NCBI GenBank assembly: GCA_964534375.1
Contig: CAZHPN010000103.1
Span: 1 to 20,460, forward strand
DNA length: 20,460 nt
Origin: an uncultured bacterium
Lineage (GTDB): Bacteria; Lernaellota; Lernaellaia; Lernaellales; Lernaellaceae
Direction: 5' to 3'
Position numbers and translations under genes: made by a program
Shown here: positions 1 through 6,962 of the stretch, one piece after another
How positions within the stretch are numbered: position 1 is the first letter of the stretch
How the letters are laid out: every line of letters begins with the position of its first letter
Notes under the pieces: model-generated
What the model saw: only the letters and a program-made list of their open reading frames with translations
Database searches by the model: none
Told to the model about the DNA's origin: nothing

Positions 1-108
1 GTCGTCCGCGGCCGCGTCGTCGTCGCCGGAATGCGGCGGCGCGCAGGCGAGAAGAAAAGAAACGACCGCCAGCATCGCGAGGAAACCGATCAACGCCAGG
101 TTTTTCAT
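1..108 (-). CDS. 5' end of a predicted lipoprotein (runs off window), Asp-rich after the lipobox
   Basis: Manual translation from ATG at 108: MKNLALIGFLAMLAVVSFLLACAPPHSGDDDAAADD. It has a basic N-terminus, a hydrophobic stretch and an LLAC lipobox. SD-like AGGAAG at 115-120 (minus). Not in the ORF track because it is truncated. Confidence 0.8.
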   Translation of the reverse strand, partial: MKNLALIGFLAMLAVVSFLLACAPPHSGDDDAAADD

Positions 109-163
109 CGCCCGCTTCCTTCCAAGTTGAAATCGACAAGGATCAAATAGTGTAGAAATTATT

Positions 164-180
164 TGCATAAATCGAGCCAA
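164..180 (-). promoter_or_regulatory. sigma54 (-24/-12) promoter for the lipoprotein gene
   Basis: Minus strand reads TTGGCTCGATTTATGCA, i.e. GG-N10-GC, close to the consensus TGGCACG-N4-TTGCW. It lies about 55 nt upstream of the ATG in an AT-rich island. Confidence 0.65.
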
Positions 181-314
181 GGGGCAACTTCGCGGCCGCT
201 TGCCATAACCAGCCACTGAAAAAACAATTTACTTAGTTATCTCAATGGGTTTGCCTGATCGGCGGCCGACCGGCCACGTCCAACTGCGCGTCGCCCGCCA
301 GTCACAAGAACGTT

Positions 315-361
315 GGCCCCGCTGAATTTTTCCCCACCGGCGCGGATTTTTCAGCGGGGCC
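315..361. repeat. 12-bp perfect inverted repeat upstream of the permease
   Basis: GGCCCCGCTGAA (315-326) and TTCAGCGGGGCC (350-361), 23-nt spacer with an inner TCC/GGA pairing. Confidence 0.85.
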
Positions 362-419
362 GTTGCAACTCTTCGGAGAAAACGGCATAAAAAGGCTCTT
401 TCCAACGAGGATGCGATTC

Positions 420-1928
420 ATGTTCGAACGACTGATGGCGCGAAAGCCCCTGAGCCTGCTGCACGAGGAAATGAAGAGCGACAACCGGCTGCGGCGCGTG
501 CTCGGCGCGTGGTCGCTGACCAGCCTCGGCATCGGCTGCGTCATCGGCGCCGGCATTTTCGTGGTCACCGGGCTCGCGGCGCATTACAAGGCCGGCCCGG
601 CGCTGCTCGTTTCATTCGTGGCGGCGGGCCTGGCGTGCATTTTTTCCGCGTTGTGCTACGCCGAATTTGCGTCGATGGCCCCGGTCGCCGGCTCGGCGTA
701 CACCTACGCCTATGCGACGCTCGGCGAGCTTTTCGCCTGGATCGTCGGCTGGGATCTCGTGCTGGAATACACGGTCGCTTCGGCGACGGTCGCGCACGGC
801 TGGTCCAAATATTTTCAAAATTTCCTCGGCATTTTCGGCGTTCACGTGCCGGCCATCGCGGCGAAGGCGCCGTTCGATTTCGACGCCGCGCACACCGCCC
901 TGCAGGCGACCGGCAGCTACTTCGACCTGCCGGCGCTGGTGATCGTCGCGATTCTGACCGTCGTGCTGGTGATCGGCATCCGCGAGAGCACGCGCTTCAA
1001 CAACGTGATGGTCGCCGTCAAAGTGGCGGTCGTGCTGCTGGTCATCGTCCTCGGCGCGTTCTACATCAAGCCGGCGAACTGGCATCCGTTCGCCCCGTAC
1101 GGCTGGGCCGGCCTCAGCCTCTTCGGCAAAACGATCTGGGGCCAGACCGGGGCGGATGGCGCGCCCGTCGGGATGCTCGCCGGCGCGGCGATGATCTTCT
1201 TCGCCTACATCGGTTTCGATTCGGTCTCGACGCACGCCGAGGAGGCCCGCAATCCGCAACGCGACGTGCCGATCGGCATCATCACTTCTTTGGCGATCTG
1301 CACGTTCCTTTATATCGCGGTGACCTTCGTGCTCACCGGCATGGTCCCGAGCGGCCAGATCGATGTAGATGCGCCGGTCGCCGCCGCCTTTCACAGCGTC
1401 GGCCTGACGTGGGCCGAGTTCATCATTTCGGCGGGCGCGGTCGCGGGCATCACCTCGGTGATGCTGGTGTTGATGCTCAGCCAGCCGCGCGTTTTGCTCG
1501 CGATGGCGCGCGACGGCCTGCTGCCGACCTCGTTTTTCGGCGCGGTGCATCCGAAATTCCGCACACCGTGGAAATCGACGATCCTCACCGGCTGCCTGGT
1601 CGGCCTGACGGCCTCCTTCATCCCGCTCGGCATTCTCGCGGAACTGGTCAATATCGGCACGCTGCTGGCGTTTGTGATCGTTTGCGCGGCGGTGCTGATC
1701 ATGCGCTACACGAATCCGCAGGCCGAGCGGCCGTTCCGCTGCCCGATGTCGCCCGTCATCCCGATCCTGGGCATTCTGTCGTGCCTGATCCTGATGTTCT
1801 CGTTGCCATCGGAAAACTGGCTGCGGCTCTTCGTCTGGATGGCGATCGGCATGTTCATTTATTTTCTCTACGGCCGCCGGCACAGCGTCATGGCCAAGCG
1901 CCGCGAAGCGGGACTCGACGCGAAATAG
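420..1928 (+). CDS. APC-superfamily amino acid permease (cationic amino acid transporter/YfnA-like)
   Basis: Motifs LRRVLGAWSLTSLGIGCVIGAGIF, AGPA, CYAEFASMAPVAGSAYTYAYATLGE, FFAYIGFD, AEEARNPQRDVPIGI, RVLLAMARDGLLP, ELVNIGTLLAF; about 12-14 TM segments. Start placed at ATG 420 after GAGG (407-410); ATG 411 is the alternative. Confidence 0.95.
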   Translation: MFERLMARKPLSLLHEEMKSDNRLRRVLGAWSLTSLGIGCVIGAGIFVVTGLAAHYKAGPALLVSFVAAGLACIFSALCYAEFASMAPVAGSAYTYAYATLGELFAWIVGWDLVLEYTVASATVAHGWSKYFQNFLGIFGVHVPAIAAKAPFDFDAAHTALQATGSYFDLPALVIVAILTVVLVIGIRESTRFNNVMVAVKVAVVLLVIVLGAFYIKPANWHPFAPYGWAGLSLFGKTIWGQTGADGAPVGMLAGAAMIFFAYIGFDSVSTHAEEARNPQRDVPIGIITSLAICTFLYIAVTFVLTGMVPSGQIDVDAPVAAAFHSVGLTWAEFIISAGAVAGITSVMLVLMLSQPRVLLAMARDGLLPTSFFGAVHPKFRTPWKSTILTGCLVGLTASFIPLGILAELVNIGTLLAFVIVCAAVLIMRYTNPQAERPFRCPMSPVIPILGILSCLILMFSLPSENWLRLFVWMAIGMFIYFLYGRRHSVMAKRREAGLDAK

Positions 1929-1950
1929 TGGCCGAAATCGGCCAACGGTC

Positions 1951-1975
1951 GATTGCGGATTGCGGATTGCGGATT
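1951..1975. repeat. Heptamer tandem repeat (GATTGCG)x3 plus partial
   Basis: gattgcg gattgcg gattgcg gatt read directly. Confidence 0.85.
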
Positions 1976-2070
1976 TCCGGGCCTCACACGGAGACGGACA
2001 GAGCCGTGCAGAGTCCGGCCGGCTCATCCTCTGGGCGGTCTCCGTGGCTCCGCGTGAGACGCCCGGAAAT
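1973..2070. repeat. About 100-bp imperfect palindrome (REP/MITE-like or terminator-like hairpin)
   Basis: Left arm ATTTCCGGGC-CTCACACGGAG (1973-1993) pairs with right arm CTCCGCGTGAG-AC-GCCCGGAAAT (2048-2070). An alternative pairing is CACGGAGAC (1987-1995) with GTCTCCGTG (2038-2046). Confidence 0.75.
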
Positions 2071-2145
2071 TCCCGAATCCCGCTGCCGGCGTCCCGCTCC
2101 GCAAAATGACCGTTAATTCAACGAAATCCAGGCGAATTCGTTTGG

Positions 2146-2173
2146 TTGACACTCGCCCTTAGGGTGCTAAGAT
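2146..2173 (+). promoter_or_regulatory. sigma70 promoter of the nuo operon
   Basis: Perfect -35 TTGACA (2146-2151), 16-nt spacer, extended -10 TGcTAAGAT (2165-2173), 32 nt before the nuoA ATG. Confidence 0.75.
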
Positions 2174-2205
2174 CGCAGCCGGTTCGCAAATATTTCGGGG
2201 GCGCG

Positions 2206-2577
2206 ATGCCGGTCGACTTCCTGCCGATTTTTCTTTACCTGCTGATTGTGCTCGCGATCGGGGCCGGCGGAATCGTCGGTTTGTCGCGGCTGATCGGCCC
2301 GCGCCACGACCGGCCGGAGAAGCTCGACCCGTACGAGTGCGGCGTGCCGCCGGTCGGCAGCGTCCACGAAAAGTTCCCGATGAAATATTACGTGGTGGGC
2401 ATGCTGTTCATCCTGTTCGACGTGGAAATCGTGTTTTTCTACCCGTGGGCCGTGATTTACGGCGACCTCTGCAATAGCTGGGGCCTCGCCGCCCTGGTCG
2501 AAATGGCTGTCTTCGTGCTGATTCTGCTTGTAGGGTATTTGTTTCTTTGGCGGAAAGGGGCGCTGGAATGGGAATAA
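2206..2577 (+). CDS. nuoA: NADH-quinone oxidoreductase subunit A
   Basis: [41 protein letters not shown]; 3 TM. Start at ATG 2206; the ORF track's TTG 2146 is the -35 box. Confidence 0.97.
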   Translation: MPVDFLPIFLYLLIVLAIGAGGIVGLSRLIGPRHDRPEKLDPYECGVPPVGSVHEKFPMKYYVVGMLFILFDVEIVFFYPWAVIYGDLCNSWGLAALVEMAVFVLILLVGYLFLWRKGALEWE

Positions 2578-2638
2578 TCGCGCGCCCGGAAATCGCGCCC
2601 GGAAGGGCGCTCCTATGCGATCAAAAGGGAACGCTGGA

Positions 2639-3121
2639 ATGGGAATAGAAAAATACATTCCGGACGGCTTCCTGACCGCGAACGTCGATAAGCTGGTGAA
2701 CTGGTCGCGGACTTACTCCACGTGGCCGGTGACCTTCGGCCTGGCGTGCTGCGCGCTCGAGATGATGGCCACGGCGATGGCGCATTACGACATCAGCCGC
2801 TTCGGCATGGAAATCTTCCGCGCCAGTCCGCGGCAGGCCGACCTGATGATCGTCGCCGGGACGCTCACGAAAAAAATGGCCCCGGTGATGCGCAAGGTCT
2901 ACGACCAGATGCCGGAGCCGAAATGGGTGCTGGCCATGGGCGCCTGCGCGTGCTCGGGCGGCATTTTCCGCTCGTACCCGGTCGTGCAAGGCGCGGACAA
3001 GATTGTGCCGGTGGATATTTACGTCCCGGGCTGCCCGCCGCGGCCCGAGGCGCTGCTGTTCGCGATTCTGGAACTGCAAAAGCTGAAGATTCAAACGGAT
3101 TCAATCAAGAAGCGGGCGTGA
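2639..3121 (+). CDS. nuoB: NADH-quinone oxidoreductase subunit B
   Basis: [60 protein letters not shown] (N2 cluster ligands with tandem Cys). Start 2639 after AAGGGA; 2615 is the alternative. Confidence 0.97.
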   Translation: MGIEKYIPDGFLTANVDKLVNWSRTYSTWPVTFGLACCALEMMATAMAHYDISRFGMEIFRASPRQADLMIVAGTLTKKMAPVMRKVYDQMPEPKWVLAMGACACSGGIFRSYPVVQGADKIVPVDIYVPGCPPRPEALLFAILELQKLKIQTDSIKKRA

Positions 3122-3128
3122 CGAAACG

Positions 3129-3605
3129 ATGACGGCCCAGGCGGACATGCAGCAGGCGCTCGTTGAAAAATTGCGAGCGCTTTTCCCCGATTTGACGATC
3201 GCCGCGGAAAGCGACGGCAAGCCGGTGGTGCTCGCGACGCGCGAACGCTACGTCGACGTCGTCAAAACGCTGCGCGACGACCCGGCGCTGCGCTTTGCGA
3301 TCCTCTCGCATCTGACCGCGGTCCACCGCCCGCAAGACGCCGAGCCGTTTGAGGTTGTCGTGCGGCTGACCAGCCTGACGTTGCCGGCGCAAGCCGCGGT
3401 CAAGGTGCGCGCCGCGGGCGACCCGCCGACCGTGCCGAGCCTGGCGGCGTTTTGGCGGGCGGCCAACTGGCACGAGCGCGAGACCTTCGACATGTTCGGC
3501 GTCCATTTCGCCGGCCACCCCGATCACCGGCGGATTTTCCTGGAAGAAGACGCGGATTTCCATCCGTTGCGCAAAGAGTTCCCCCTCAACGGCGACGAGG
3601 GGTGA
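3129..3605 (+). CDS. nuoC: NADH-quinone oxidoreductase subunit C
   Basis: VPSLAAFWRAANWHERETFDMFGVHFAGHPDHRRIFL and HPLRKEFPL; located between nuoB and nuoD. Confidence 0.95.
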   Translation: MTAQADMQQALVEKLRALFPDLTIAAESDGKPVVLATRERYVDVVKTLRDDPALRFAILSHLTAVHRPQDAEPFEVVVRLTSLTLPAQAAVKVRAAGDPPTVPSLAAFWRAANWHERETFDMFGVHFAGHPDHRRIFLEEDADFHPLRKEFPLNGDEG

Positions 3606-3607
3606 CG

Positions 3608-4786
3608 ATGGAAAAGCCGCGCTATCTGACGTTGAACATGGGCCCGCAGCACCCCTCGACGCACGGCGTGCTGCGGCTCATTCTCGAACTCGACGGCGAA
3701 CGCGTCGTCTCGGTCAAGCCGGTGCTCGGCTACCTGCACCGCGGCATCGAGAAGCTCGCCGAAAATATGACATTTCACCAATTTATCCCGCTGACCGATC
3801 GGCTCGATTACACCGCCTGCATGAGTTGCAACCTCGGCTACATCTGGGCGGTGGAGCGGCTGCTCGGCATCGAAGACCGCATCCCGCCGCGCGCGCGGAC
3901 GATCCGCGTGATCATGGCCGAGTTGTCGCGCATCGGCGCCCATTTGATCTGGCTGGGCAGCCACGCCGCCGACATCGGCGCGGTGACGGTGTTCATTTAC
4001 GCGTTTCGCGAACGCGAATTCATCTATGAGTTGTTCGAGGCCGTTTGCGGCCAGCGGATGACGGTCAGCTATCCGCGCGTCGGCGGCCTCGGCTTCGACC
4101 TGCCCGAGGGCTGGGTCGAAAAGTGCCGCGAATTTTGCAAGATCTTCGTGCAAAAAGTCGACGAATACGAAAAGCTGCTGACGAAAAATCGCGTTTGGAT
4201 CGCGCGGACCAAAGGCGTCGGCGTCCTGACGGCGGCCGACGTCGCCGAGTGGGGCGTCACCGGCCCGATGGCCCGCGGCAGCGGCGTGGCTTACGACGTG
4301 CGCCGGGTCATCCCCTATGGCGGCTACGACGAGTACGATTTCGAGATTCCGCTCGGCGAAAACGGCGACAGTTACGACCGGTACCTGGTGCGCATGCGCG
4401 AGATGCGGCAGTCGGTGCGGATCATCGAGCAGGCGCTGGACCGGCTGCCTGGCGGCCCGATCCTGGCCGACATTCCGAAGATCACGCCGCCGCCCAAGGC
4501 CGACATCGGCGTGCGCATCGAGGCCTTGATCCATCATTTCCTGCTGGCCGCCGAAGGGTTCGAGGCGCCGCCCGCGGAAATCTACTTCGCCTCCGAGGCG
4601 CCCAAAGGCGAATTGGGCTTTCACTTGGTCGCCGACGGCGGCCGGAAGCCGTTCCGGTGCGCGATGCGCGTGCCGAGCTTCAGCAATTTGCAGAGCATTG
4701 TGAAGATGGCGCCGGGCGGGTTCCTGGCGGACATGGTGACGTTGATCGGGACGATCGATATCTGCCTGGCAGACATCGACAAATAG
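3608..4786 (+). CDS. nuoD: NADH-quinone oxidoreductase subunit D
   Basis: LNMGPQHPSTHGVLRL, GYLHRGIEK, DRLDY, ELSRIGAHL, GDSYDRY, EAPKGELG. ATG 3608 follows SD GAGGGG. Confidence 0.97.
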   Translation: MEKPRYLTLNMGPQHPSTHGVLRLILELDGERVVSVKPVLGYLHRGIEKLAENMTFHQFIPLTDRLDYTACMSCNLGYIWAVERLLGIEDRIPPRARTIRVIMAELSRIGAHLIWLGSHAADIGAVTVFIYAFREREFIYELFEAVCGQRMTVSYPRVGGLGFDLPEGWVEKCREFCKIFVQKVDEYEKLLTKNRVWIARTKGVGVLTAADVAEWGVTGPMARGSGVAYDVRRVIPYGGYDEYDFEIPLGENGDSYDRYLVRMREMRQSVRIIEQALDRLPGGPILADIPKITPPPKADIGVRIEALIHHFLLAAEGFEAPPAEIYFASEAPKGELGFHLVADGGRKPFRCAMRVPSFSNLQSIVKMAPGGFLADMVTLIGTIDICLADIDK

Positions 4787-4807
4787 ACGATCGGGGGGAA
4801 CTGAGCC

Positions 4808-5350
4808 ATGGAAAACATCTGCCAACACCTGATGGACCTGGCGGAAAACAGCACCGCCGCGGGCGCCGGATTGATCGAGATCCGCATCGCCGAGGATGAG
4901 CCGGCCGATTTGCTGACGATCGAGATCAAGGACGACGGCGCCGGGATGGCCGCGGAGGCGGTCTGCGAGGTCAACGGCCCGCTCACCGATTGCAAGGTCT
5001 GCGGGATGGGCCTGACGCTTTTCTCGCGGGCCTGCCAGGAAGCCGGCGGCAAGATGGAAGCGCACAGCGCGCCGGAAAGCGGCACGCTGCTGCGCGGCAC
5101 GATGCGCCTCAGCCACGAAGACGGCTTGCCGCTGGGCGACGTCGACGAAACGCTGATCACCCTGATCATGGGTTCGCCCGGGGTCGACTGGGTGCTGCGA
5201 CGGGAGAAGGTGCGCGCCGACGGGACGCGCGCCGAGCTGTGCCTCGATACGCGCGTGTTTCGCGCGGAGGTCGGCAGCGTGCCGCTGTCGCACCCGGAGG
5301 TGATTCGCCAAATTCGCGCCTCGTTGCGGCGGCAAGAGGCGCAATTGTAA
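4808..5350 (+). CDS. Stand-alone histidine-kinase-like ATPase (HATPase_c/GHKL) protein, resembling the type found in bifurcating hydrogenase operons
   Basis: N-box DLAENSTAAGA, G1 IKDDGAGM, G2 GMGL, ESGT; C-terminal extension LSHEDGLPLGDVDETLITLI...DTR...VPLSHPEVI. No HisKA, sensor or TM domain. SD GGGGG at about 4793-4798. Confidence 0.85.
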   Translation: MENICQHLMDLAENSTAAGAGLIEIRIAEDEPADLLTIEIKDDGAGMAAEAVCEVNGPLTDCKVCGMGLTLFSRACQEAGGKMEAHSAPESGTLLRGTMRLSHEDGLPLGDVDETLITLIMGSPGVDWVLRREKVRADGTRAELCLDTRVFRAEVGSVPLSHPEVIRQIRASLRRQEAQL

Positions 5351-5355
5351 CGACT

Positions 5356-5379
5356 GCAGGGGCGACGGGCAGGTCGCCC
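5356..5379. repeat. Single REP-like palindrome
   Basis: GCAG-GGGCGAC-GGGCAG-GTCGCCC: a 7-bp GC stem preceded by a GTAG-like tetranucleotide, directly abutting the nuoH SD (AAGGAG). Confidence 0.5.
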
Positions 5380-5395
5380 AAGGAGAAAACGGCTC

Positions 5396-6508
5396 GTGTG
5401 GATCATGGTCCTCATCGCGATGGCCAAAATCCTCGTGTTCATGGCCATATTTCTGGGCCTGACCGCGTACAACACGCTGTACGAGCGGCGCGTGGTGGCG
5501 CCGATTCAGCAGCGGATCGGCCCCAATCGCGCGGGGCCGTGGGGGCTGCTGCAGCCGATCGCCGACGCGGTGAAGCTGTTCTTCAAAGAAGACATCGTCA
5601 CCGCGCAGGCCGATCGCTTTCTCTATATTCTGGCGCCGATCATTTCGTTGACGACCGCGCTGCTTTTCGTGGCGATGGTGCCGTTCGGCTGGAAGGCGCC
5701 GTTTCTCGAACAACTGCCCGACGCCTGGAACAAATTTTCGATGGCCGACCTCAACGTCGGCGTGCTCTTCGTGCTGGCGGTCAGTTCGATCAGCATCTAC
5801 GCGGTGCTGCTCGGCGGTTGGTCGGCGAACAGCAAGTATTCGCTGCTGGGCGGCATGCGCGCCGGCGCGCAGATGCTCTCGTATGAAATCTCGATGGGCC
5901 TGTCGCTGATGCCCGTGATCATGAGCGCCGGCAGCCTGAGCCTGAACAAAATCGTCGAGGCGCAGGGCGATCTGCCGGCGAAGGCCATGCCGCCGGACCA
6001 GATTCCGCTCGTCGCCGCGCACCTCTGGAACATCATGCGGTTGCCGTGGGGGCCGGTGGGCTTTTTTCTGCTCGTCACGGCGCTGCTGGCCGAGTCGAAT
6101 CGCGCGCCGTTCGACCTGGTCGAGGCCGAACAGGAACTGGTCGCGGGCTACCACACCGAGTACAGTTCGATGAAGTTCGGTTCGTTCTTCGTCGCGGAGT
6201 ACGGCAACCTGATCACCATTTCCGCGCTGATCGTCGCCTTTTACCTGGGCGGCTGGCAGGGCCTGCCGTTCGTGAAAATCGTGCCCGATTGGCTCGCGCC
6301 GTATCTCGGCCCGGTGTGGTTCTTCGGCAAGACGGCGGCCGTCGTCGCGGCGTTCATCTGGATCCGCTGGACGTTCCCGCGGCCGCGCTACGATCAGTTG
6401 ATGGGTTACGGCTGGAAAGTGTTTTTCCCGTTGGCGCTGGCGAACGTCTTCGTCGCCGGCTTGGCGATTTACCTCGGCCGCGCCTTTGGCGTCGGATATT
6501 TCGGCTAG
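5396..6508 (+). CDS. nuoH: NADH-quinone oxidoreductase subunit H
   Basis: ERRVVAPIQQRIGPNRAGPWGLLQPIADAVKLFFKED, GWSANSKYSLLGGMR, QMLSYE, AESNRAPFDLVEAEQELVAGYHTEYS, PRPRYDQLM. GTG start with SD AAGGAG. Confidence 0.97.
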   Translation: MWIMVLIAMAKILVFMAIFLGLTAYNTLYERRVVAPIQQRIGPNRAGPWGLLQPIADAVKLFFKEDIVTAQADRFLYILAPIISLTTALLFVAMVPFGWKAPFLEQLPDAWNKFSMADLNVGVLFVLAVSSISIYAVLLGGWSANSKYSLLGGMRAGAQMLSYEISMGLSLMPVIMSAGSLSLNKIVEAQGDLPAKAMPPDQIPLVAAHLWNIMRLPWGPVGFFLLVTALLAESNRAPFDLVEAEQELVAGYHTEYSSMKFGSFFVAEYGNLITISALIVAFYLGGWQGLPFVKIVPDWLAPYLGPVWFFGKTAAVVAAFIWIRWTFPRPRYDQLMGYGWKVFFPLALANVFVAGLAIYLGRAFGVGYFG

Positions 6509-6518
6509 GGGGCGCAAC

Positions 6519-6962
6519 GTGGGCCGGCTCAGCAAATTTTTCCTGACCGACCTCTTCACGGGCCTGGGCGTGACGCTCAAGTACGCCTTCAAGAAACCGG
6601 TCACGTATCAATATCCGGAGCAGCATCGGCCCATCGGACCGCGCTACCGCGGCCGGCAGGAGTTGACGCTGTACGACGACGGCTCGCTCAAGTGCGTCGC
6701 CTGCGGCTTGTGCGCCGCGGTTTGCCCGTCGCGCTGCATCACGGTCGAACCGCTGGAACTGCCCGACGGCCGCCGCTATCCGCACGTCTACCAAATCGAA
6801 ATCACGCGCTGCGTCTTCTGCGGCTTTTGCGAAGAGGTCTGCCCCTTCGGAGCCGTGGTGCTGACCGGCTTGCACGAACTCGCGCGCGTCGACAAGGCGG
6901 ACCTGATTTTCCAGAAAGAAGACCTGATGGCCCGCGGCGCAGAGGAGCGCGCCGAACCATGA
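6519..6962 (+). CDS. nuoI: NADH-quinone oxidoreductase subunit I (2x[4Fe-4S])
   Basis: VTYQYPE, CVACGLCAAVCP and CVFCGFCEEVCP. GTG start 6519 after AGGGGG, just past the nuoH stop. Confidence 0.96.
   Translation: MGRLSKFFLTDLFTGLGVTLKYAFKKPVTYQYPEQHRPIGPRYRGRQELTLYDDGSLKCVACGLCAAVCPSRCITVEPLELPDGRRYPHVYQIEITRCVFCGFCEEVCPFGAVVLTGLHELARVDKADLIFQKEDLMARGAEERAEP

Noticed and set aside
509..2116. Alternative-frame plus-strand ORFs (e.g. 509-2116, 7629-9425, 10020-11408, 15645-16901)
   Set aside because: Arg/Gly/Pro-rich off-frame translations expected at high GC3; no domain signal.
3608..4786. Interpretation as a group 4 [NiFe]-hydrogenase large subunit
   Set aside because: Lacks RxCxxC and DPCxxC in register, retains the NuoD quinone-site His and Tyr, NuoB has tandem CC, and no maturation genes are present.
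3524..6604. 1026-aa minus-strand ORF, and similar long antisense ORFs (612-2027, 7387-9852, 10844-12289, 13721-15406, 15427-17328, 18301-19620)
   Set aside because: Antisense shadows of GC-rich coding genes: Arg/Gln/His-rich, no motifs, and almost entirely overlapping well-supported plus-strand genes.
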